Below are positions 27,601 to 35,900 of a DNA stretch of 52,216 nt, piece by piece (position 1 is the stretch's first letter; each line of letters begins with the position of its first letter). Source of the stretch: Verrucomicrobiia bacterium. Its GTDB lineage: Bacteria > Verrucomicrobiota > Verrucomicrobiia > Limisphaerales > UBA11358. Both the position numbers and the translations under genes were made by a program. The stretch is taken from assembly GCA_037138135.1 (NCBI GenBank), contig JBAXIY010000002.1, positions 1 to 52,216 of the forward strand, in the 5' to 3' direction. The notes under the pieces are model-generated. The model worked only from the letters and a program-made list of their open reading frames with translations, made no database searches and was not told where the DNA came from.

Positions 27601-28874
27601 CTACGATAGTTGACGATCGTGCTTCTCCCCCCGGTGACATCCCAGTGGATGAAGGTAAAATTGGTATTAAAACCAAGGAGCTTCCCGGGCCGGCGCAGAT
27701 ACATATCCCCATAAACCGGAGAATTCGTGTGGGCGGCATCCTTAAAAAGGTTGGGACTGACATTGTGACCGATATCGAGCGTCCCAAGTGCCGGATCCAT
27801 TTGCATGCTCCAAGTTCCGTCCGGGTGATAAACGGTGCAGTTGCTGATAGCGGCCCGCGCCTCGACCAGCGAAGGATCATTGGTAAGGACTTTTCTCCCG
27901 TAATGCATGATGTCGGTGCAATTGGTAATGGCATCAAGGTAGCCTTGGGTATCCGTAGGCAGGAGGTTTTCCACCCCCGTCATACCTTGAGGGCGCGCGG
28001 TGAGTTTAGTGTAGGCACAATACTGTCCCAATCCAGGAGAGGCGATACTGGCCAGATCGTTGGCACTAGGCCCTTCGTTCTCATAATTCATGGTTAACCA
28101 ATCGCGTCTATGGTTGAGCCGTTTCATGACCGACGGCTCGATGGTGTAGTAATCGGGATACCAGTCATAGTATTTCGCCAACGCGTCGCGGAAGCCCCAC
28201 GTGCCGTCAATGGAGTAGATGCGGAAACGGAAGGCCGCCTTCGAGGGGAAATTGGCCGTGTCCACCGACAGACCGAAAGCCATCTGGACGCGGACACCGC
28301 CGGCATCCGCACTCAACTCAAACACGCACGGATCCGTCGGCGGGACACACAGCGAGATTCCACCGTTTGTGGTCCACACGGCGGGAATCGGAATCAATAA
28401 ACGATCATCCCCCGAATAACCGGGAGCCGCGCCGGAGATGACCTGATTAGCAGCGGTGAGGTTGTGACCCCAATTCCAGCCCAGCGTATTCACCGGCACA
28501 TTAAAGCCCAACCACAAGCCGCGATCCGTGCCGGTAAGATCTTCCAGCACCCCCGCCACCTCGATAAAGCCCGCGCTCTGAGTCAGTGTTGCAGTCACTT
28601 TGGCCTGGAGCGAGTTCGTCAGTGTCAGGTTTATTTGGCCGGCATTGGTGACTACGGTTCCCGTCAGGGGAACTTGGGTGGAACTGTTCGGTTGCCGCAG
28701 AAAAAACCCGCCGCCCGTCCCGTTCGGCTGGGTAATTCCGTTCATTGCGACCCCAGAAATAATCCCGTTGGTTCCCAGCTCCAATGTCAGGCCGGCACTA
28801 TCCGATAAAGTTACCGCCTTTACGGAAGCACTGAACAGTAAAACACCTACCAAGTTTAAAATTGTGCTTTTCAC
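24684..28874 (-). CDS. Large secreted multidomain protein: unassigned-family catalytic candidate fused to Ig-like, B-repeat and C-terminal modules
   Basis: GTG start at 28874, two nt after the upstream stop, with signal peptide (M)[19 protein letters not shown]. Domain layout:
- aa 21-702: homologous to all of 11513..13579.
- aa ~708-797 and ~1175-1265: dystroglycan-type cadherin-like / He_PIG Ig domains ([52 protein letters not shown]).
- aa ~803-939: two divergent InlB B-repeat-like units.
- aa 940-1168: an unassigned Ser/Thr/Asn/Gly-rich beta domain.
- last 130 aa: contain [21 protein letters not shown] and end in QQFIRLMI. Confidence 0.75.
   Translation of the reverse strand: [1396 protein letters not shown]
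24696..25358 (-). repeat. Copy 1 of a 663-bp near-identical direct repeat (3' end of 24684..28874)
   Basis: It aligns with 28889..29551 at a constant offset of 4193 nt. I see five mismatches, all synonymous and all within 24702..24792. By eye, 24793..25358 is identical. The repeat encodes the He_PIG Ig domain plus the C-terminal domain. Confidence 0.9.
26058..26468 (-). repeat. Two tandem divergent InlB B-repeat-like coding units inside 24684..28874
   Basis: Unit 1 is [66 protein letters not shown]. Unit 2 is [66 protein letters not shown]. A third unit lies in the neighbouring gene at about 31172..31369. Confidence 0.7.
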
Positions 28875-28876
28875 GT

Positions 28877-31800
28877 TTAAGGCATTTCAATCATCAGCCG
28901 GATAAACTGCTGGGCTTTGACGTTCGTCTCAATGCGGTTGGTAACGGAAAGAAATCCGTTCGTCAGCGGACCAGAGCCGGTCACAGTGTAGCCGGAATTT
29001 GTCCAGACTGGGGTCGCAAGGTTGGTGGCTAACTGCAGATAGTAGACCAGGCCGCTGTTCGGATCGCTGCGCTTGGGATAAACATATTCAAACCAGTTGG
29101 TGCCGCTGGCGAATTTAAGGCCATAAGTGATCGGATACCCAAGGTCGCTTGAATTAGTCGGGTTGCCGCCGAGGCCAAACTCATAAAGATTGCTCAGCCG
29201 GTCGCCGTCATCATTCCCCGACGGACCTTGCACGAGTTGATATTGGTTCGCCCAAACCGCATAGGCCGACAGCACCACAATGTTCAGCGTCGCGGTATCG
29301 AAGGCCAAGGCCGCATCCGTCACCTTTACCGTGAACACGTTCGTGCCGACATCCGCCGCGGTCGGCAGGCCGGAGAGCGTGCCATTGGTGGCCACGCTCA
29401 ACCAGGTCGGACCGGATAAAATGGAATAGGTCAGCGTGTCGCCGACGTTCACATCGGTGGCCGATCCTGCAAGGGTGTTGCTGTAAACCACACCCGCACC
29501 GGCAGCCGGTCGGCTGATCGGCTTCACCGTGAACACCGGAGCCGAGTTGCTGGGATTCAGAAGGATCCGGCCCGACTTGGCGGTCATTAGGACTTGAGTA
29601 ACAACCAGACTCACTTCGGGATCGAAGTAAGGCCGACTGAGCGCAACCACATCCGTGACATTGGTGTTGTCGCCGGGATTGACGAGAATCAGGCCGTTTT
29701 CAAACGGGCGCATGAACGTGGTCAGGCCCGGCAGTTGGTAGCCCAGATAATTGGTGCTGGCCAGGGTTAGCGTCGGTCGCCCGATCGGATAAAGGAAAAC
29801 CGGGTCGAGTTGGTAGTAAGCACTCGCCGAGCTGGCTCCCACCAGCGGGGTGCATCCAAATTTGGTATAAATCAAGTCGTTGGTTTCCACCTTCACGGCC
29901 AGCAGATAGCTGGCATAGCCATAAAGAAAGAGGTAGTGCCGCATGGAATCTGTCGCGGCTGAAAACACCGAATTTTGGGAGCCCGCACTGAGCATGGAGA
30001 ACAAGGCCGCCAGCTTGTTCTCCCCCAGAAACATCGTGGATTGCACGCGGCTGCCCCAGTCCGCAAAGGAGTTCGCCTGAAAGTCCGTGGTCGTGTTGAG
30101 ACTGCCAACGCTGGACTCCTGAGAGAACCCGTCAATCGGGCGGGGCTTGAACGGAGTTGATTGCAGCATCCCGACGCGCGGATAGTTCGCGAAGTCGGTC
30201 GGGCTGTGGAGATTGTTCGCCCAAATCACCAGTTGCTTGCCATACAACGCGAAAAAATTGGTCTGGTCGAAGTTGATCCCTTCCTCGGTGTAAGTAGAAA
30301 AGTCGCCGGAGGTATAAATCTGGTTTTTCCGAAAGTTCCAGAAAGGGCTGTTATCCAAACTCAATGACTCCCCGCCCATGGCCAGGCAGTTTAAGGTGCT
30401 GCCACAAATATCCTCCCAGATACCCCGGTTGTAATTGGTGTATTGATACCGGGCAAAGGCCAGGCGGTCCTGACCCATCAAAGGCGCCCCCGGATCATTG
30501 TAATACTCAAACGCATTCGTCATCCCGGCAATCGGTCCGGAGCTGAAGTAAACCGGCACCAGCACCGGCGTATTGTTCGTGTGCGCTGCCGCGGTCGTTC
30601 CGCTAAAGGCCCGCGTCACCGTCACCGTGGCCACGCCATGGATGGTGTCGTTGGTGGCCGTCGCGATCCGCATCAACTCGCCGTCGAGCTTCAGCCAGGT
30701 CACAAAATAGTAGGTGCTGCCAACCGTGTAGGTGACATTGGAGCTGGCGGCGGCCGTGCTGGCCACCAGCGAACTGAACAGATTACTCACCGCAAAGGTG
30801 ACGCTGTTGGTAGTGGCCGGCAGCGCCACGCCAAGATTCCCAGCCAGATAATACAGCACATTGGTTTTGTTGCTTAGTTCGATATCCCACGGCGTGCTGT
30901 AACCGAACATGCTGGCAGTGTGAGATTCATTGATGTAGGCAACGACTTGGAAATTGGTGTTCTGGCCATAGAGGTAATTGGCATTCGCCAAGGTGAAGTT
31001 GCCTTTGACATTGTTAAGGCAATCAAAATTCTTCGCCAGCGCGCTCAAGTCGTTGGTGACAAAGGTCGGGTTGAGCGTGGCATTGCCCACCAGCGGATAG
31101 GCAGCATAGTTTGAACCCTGCTCGCTGTAGCGCGGCACGTGTATGTCCGGCCAGTTCGACGGCGTGAAGTAAGAAAAAGTAACCGCCAAAGCGATGTTCT
31201 GGGCCGGCATCGTCACCGTGGTATTCGAGGCGTTGACATTCACCACATACTGAGTATCCCCGGTCCACCGGACGAAGGTTTGATAGGGCGTATTGAAAGC
31301 CGCAATCGGGATTTGCGCGCCGTTGGTGTATAACCCGCTGCCGCTGCCGCCGGTAACGGTCAGCGTATAGCCATTGGTGATCGGCGCAACCAGACTGGCC
31401 TTAAAATCCGACACCTGAAAAACCGGAGGATTTCCGCCGCCCCGCGTGGCCGCGCCCAGCAAACCGACCCCGGTGACATTATTAAAGACCTGAGCGGAGA
31501 ATGTAAGCGTGCCCAGACCGAGATTGGCATCGGACTCCGAGTAAGTCGGCCAGTTATTGATGTCAAACACCGCCCATTGCAGTCCAGCGGTGTTGCCGTA
31601 AATCGTGTTCGTGGTGTTTTGGGCCGTCGGGCCGGTAACACTGGAAACATAATAGTTCGTTCCATCCCGGATCACATAACGGGTGCCGCTAATGGTTCTG
31701 ACATTAAGCCAAGAGCCTACGCCGATCGTCAACGAACTGTTGGTGCTGGTATCAAACCGGGTATTCCCGGAAGCCAGAAAGTCCGCCGCATCCCAGAACG

Positions 31801-32152
31801 CAATCGCCCGAAGATCCGCCGTGTTGGCGGCCAATACATCGCCTCGAAACAAAATCACGTCGGTTGCAGCAGCATCCAGCTGAACCGTGGCGTTTGAAAG
31901 AGTGCCCGCCACTCCCGTAACGGTGAACGCGCCGTAGATCCTCGTATTTTGGTTGCCGTTGGTTACCGGACCGACAAAGAGAGGCGAGCTGCTGCTCCAG
32001 TTATAGGTTTGATTCGCAGAGGTGTTGACATCTATCGCCCGCGCCGGGGTCACACTGCCGGAGAGATTCAGATTCAAATCCACCACGGTCGCCGCCGGTG
32101 CCAGCGGCGCCAGCAGCAGCAGGGCGGTGAAAATGAGAACGGTGTATTTCAT
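28877..32152 (-). CDS. Large secreted multidomain protein with GHL-like (putative TIM-barrel glycosidase-like) core and the same C-terminal Ig + anchor-like module as 24684..28874
   Basis: ATG at 32152; the ORF-track start at 32155 is a TTG one codon upstream. Signal peptide [21 protein letters not shown]. Domain layout:
- N-terminal Asn/Thr-rich beta domain.
- one B-repeat unit ([14 protein letters not shown]...VRWTGDT...LAVTF).
- a core of about 535 aa ([44 protein letters not shown]).
- the last 224 aa, identical to the neighbour except for the final 3 residues. Confidence 0.7.
   Translation of the reverse strand: [1091 protein letters not shown]
28889..29551 (-). repeat. Copy 2 of the 663-bp direct repeat (3' end of 28877..32152)
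   Basis: See copy 1. The antisense ORFs at 25035..25226 and 29228..29419 in the supplied track are identical, confirming the offset. Confidence 0.9.
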
Positions 32153-32165
32153 CAACAGGTTTTCC

Positions 32166-32993
32166 CTAGTGTTTCAAGGTTTTATTCAACCACGCGACGA
32201 GTTGGGTGGCGTAGTTGGAGTTGAGCTTGCTCCAGCTGCTCATGCCATGCCCGCCGCCTTCGATGGTGATGAATTCCGCCGGAACTCCGGCCGCCTCGAG
32301 CTTGGCGAAGAAATTCACCGACTGTTCATAGGGGACAGTTTCATCCTTGTTGCCGTGAATGAGCAGAAACGGCGGCAGGCCAGGACAGACGTGGGTCGCG
32401 GGCGAGGCCTCAACGAGGAATTTGCGCGTGGCTTCATTGTCCTCAGTCACTCCGAAGTAGTTGCTGAAGGTGATGGATGGTTTGCCGTTGCTGCTTTTTA
32501 ATCTGAAGAGCAGATCCGCCGCACCGTAGAAAGAAACGACGGCGGCGACGCGGGTGTCTACCTGATTCATGGTGCCCACCTTGTTGACCAGATAGCCGCC
32601 AGCAGACTCACCGATCAGGACGATGCGCGAAGGATCAAAGCGGTGTTCTTTCGCGTGAGCTTTGACCCAACGGATTGCGGTTTCGACATCCTCGACGCTG
32701 CCTGGATACTTGTGGGCCGGCGCGAGGCGGTAGTTGATGCTCACCCATGCGTAGCCCGCCTCCGAGAGCGGAGCGAACCAGTGTTTGGGCTGTTTTTGCT
32801 TATCCCCTCTCTCGAAGCCGCCCCCGTGCACGAGAATGCAGACCGGGAACGGGCCGGGGCCATCCGGCACGGAGAGATCCAGCTTAAGCTCCTCCCCAGC
32901 AGCGGTGCCGTAGGTCAGATCGAGTTTCTCTTCGGCACGGGACACCACGCCGGCCAATGCGAAGGCGAGGAGAATGAGAAAAATCTTATTCAA
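32166..32993 (-). CDS. Secreted alpha/beta-hydrolase esterase (acetyl/carbohydrate esterase-like)
   Basis: Only a TTG at 32993 is available as a start. It is the first codon after an in-frame stop, and there is no nearby in-frame ATG. Signal peptide (M)NKIFLILLAFALAGVVSRAEE. Motifs: oxyanion-hole CILVHGGGFERGD, nucleophile elbow LIGESAGGYL, LLIHGNKDETVP and GGGHGM. Confidence 0.8.
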   Translation of the reverse strand: MNKIFLILLAFALAGVVSRAEEKLDLTYGTAAGEELKLDLSVPDGPGPFPVCILVHGGGFERGDKQKQPKHWFAPLSEAGYAWVSINYRLAPAHKYPGSVEDVETAIRWVKAHAKEHRFDPSRIVLIGESAGGYLVNKVGTMNQVDTRVAAVVSFYGAADLLFRLKSSNGKPSITFSNYFGVTEDNEATRKFLVEASPATHVCPGLPPFLLIHGNKDETVPYEQSVNFFAKLEAAGVPAEFITIEGGGHGMSSWSKLNSNYATQLVAWLNKTLKH

Positions 32994-35900
32994 GCTTCAC
33001 CTCCAGGTTGCGCCCATCGCTTCTCTTACGGGCAAACTCGTCGAAGGCGGTGATCTTTTTGCCGCCGATCATCAAATCGCGAATCACGATTCCGCGCATG
33101 AAATCATCCGGCGCTTCCGGGCGCACCCCAAAGATACTCTTCCAGTTTTGCCCCATGGGCACCTGGATGTTGTCAAAGGTGATGTCCTCGACGCCGATCA
33201 TTTTGCTGTAGCGCGAGCCGGTCATCGGCGCGAACTGGAACAGCGGGTTGACGATGGTTTCAAAATAGATGTTCTGCATGACGATGTCGGCGATATAGCC
33301 GTAATTGTTGAAGTTTTTATCATTATTGATGCCGAGCCAGAAACCGCCGCGCATCGGGTTGTATTGGTCACCGGCCAAATTGCTCACTCCGTAAGCCCCA
33401 TAACGTCCATCAATGACGGTGACGTTGCGAATGAGCGAATGACCGAGGGTGTCTCCGTCCGTCGGCATGGTGCGAACGAAGCAAAAGACGTTGGCGTTGT
33501 TTTGCTGCCAAGCGAACCAGCCGTCGATGTCCAAACCCGTTTTGATGTAAGTGCCGTCGTCCTGTTCGATACTGAAAAGATTCCGCCGCACCATCCCCCA
33601 CTGCGAGGCATCGGTGTTGCCGTGGAATCCGTATAAGGTCTTGACGTTGGCCAAAAGCGCGGGCGCACCGAAGAAATTCGCGGAGTGGAAGTGCCGGCCG
33701 GTGAAGGTTAGCCCTTCCAAGATGCCGTTCTGACCGTTCCGATCAACCTGGATAATGTAGCTAGGCACATCCTCCTGCCCCTTGAACCAATCCATCTGCT
33801 CCCCGGAAAGAATGCCGCGCCCGCGAATGGTAAAGTTTTTAATCGCACCAAGGAACTCGCTGGCGCCTTTATTGGAGCGCTCCATATAGACGTAATCACC
33901 GGCGTTTCGGTAGCCGCGTTTGAAGGCGGCATAGTTAAAGATATCTTTGTTTTGGGTGATCAGCTTCGTCCCGTAGGCGTTGTTAGCGGCTTTGGCCCGA
34001 TTGATGCCCAGGATCGTGCCCGCCACATAAGCACCGCCCGGAATATAAATCGTCTGGTCGCTGAAAATTGGGAAGAACAGGCCGATGTCGTGATAGCCGG
34101 GCGCGAAATATATCACCCGGTAATCGGCAAGCTGCTTGCGGTTTTCCAGCGTCTTATAGTCGTCGCTGGTATTAATGGTCAGCACTGCGGGGTCAGCAGG
34201 ATCGGGCGCAGGCGCTTCCGGCGGATTGCCGAAAACAAACAGCGGCCGCAGCCAGTCGCCATTGACGATGATGGCCAGGTAATGCGAGTCAGGCAGAGTA
34301 AAAGAAAAGCTCCGCCCGTCAGCGGCGTAGCTTGGCGTGATCTTTAACTGCGATGGCAGAATCAGCGCGTCCTTGACCGCCGGGGCACGAGCTTTCATCC
34401 GGATCGTCACCTCCACCGGCCCGCGGTGGGTGAAATTGGCGAAATGTTCGGTCAGCATCGGCGGCGGGTTGGCGAGGCGGTTACCCGTGCTCATCAAAGT
34501 GCCGATGTTTTCGTAAACCGGAACAATTGCCGCCGGAGTGCCGCTGCTTTTCTGGGCGACGCTCAGCTCATAATCCGGCGAATGCAGCGCATACATGCGC
34601 GGATCGTTGACCACCGGGTAGGTCTGTAAAAAGTCTCCCGGCGGAGCGGCAATCGTTCTAATTCCTTTCAGGCTGGCGCCAGTGGCAAAGTTGCCCAAAG
34701 CGGCGGATAAGGTTTTCGGGAAGGCCTGATCAGCTTTTTGCTGTGCGCTGGGATAGGCGATCTCATGGGCAATTTTTCGGCCATACTGATCGCCATCTTG
34801 GTCGCTGCGCGGGTAGGCTTTCGCCGGATCTTTTGCCGCCGGGACAGGTGGATAATTCCGCGGCGGAGCTTTGGCCTCCGGACGCGTTCCCTCCTTGATG
34901 GTCTTGTCGCCAAGGGTAATGTCATAGGCGCATTGCGCAATTTCCGGCAGGAAGGTTGCCGCCGCGCCGTTGACCATGATTTTTTTTACGCTGACATTGC
35001 GCGCGGCGGCCTGCTCACTAAAACCATAAGCGCTAACTAAAATCTTAGGCGACGTGTTCAATGCGGTGATATGAATGTCACTGACCGTGACGCCGTTAAT
35101 GCTGCCCTGATAATCGCCGCGGCGGTAGGGCGAGAAACCAACTGCCACATCCAACAACGACACCTTGGCTTTGTCGCCGGTGTAAATGGCATTGATGTTT
35201 TTAAAGTTGAAATTATTTAGATTGCCGAAGTGCGCCTGTTGGATGGCAATCAAACTTTTCCAGCCGCCAATTACGGTGGAGTCCGCGACGGTGATATTCT
35301 TGAGATCGTCGAGAATGCGGTCGCCCACATAAAACGGCGTGTCCAGCGCTGAGCCAACGATCAGGTTGCGACTGAAGGTGGTGTCCGAGCCAAACGTAGT
35401 GAGAACGCGGGTGTCTGTTGAAATGTAGCAATCCTTCACCGTCGCCCGCGAACCGACGCAGATGCCGCCGAAACCCTTTTCAAAATTAATGACCTTCACA
35501 TTCTCGATCCGCGTCTTCCGGCCATTGCCGATGATCGGCTGCTGTGAAGGATAGATGATCGTGATGCCCTCGACAATTTGGTTGTCGGCGGGCTCGCGGT
35601 TGAAGCCGCCGAGGTAGAGGGCATTGCTCCAAAAACGCAGCGGGCGGGGCAGGAAATTATTGTTCGGCCCATCGGTGGTTTGGTTATTCTCGCCGGACAA
35701 AATCCCCCGGCCGAAGATTTTCACCCCCGACGCGCCAGCGGAACCCGCATCCGGCGGGCATGTGAAGAAGCCGCGCACATACGCCCCCGGAGCCAGGTAG
35801 ATCTGCAGTCCCGGTTTCAGCGGAAAACCGTCGCCCAGTTCATGCAGCCCGGGCGCAAAATAAAGCGTTTTCTTTGCCGTCTTTTCGTAGTCCGCGCGGG

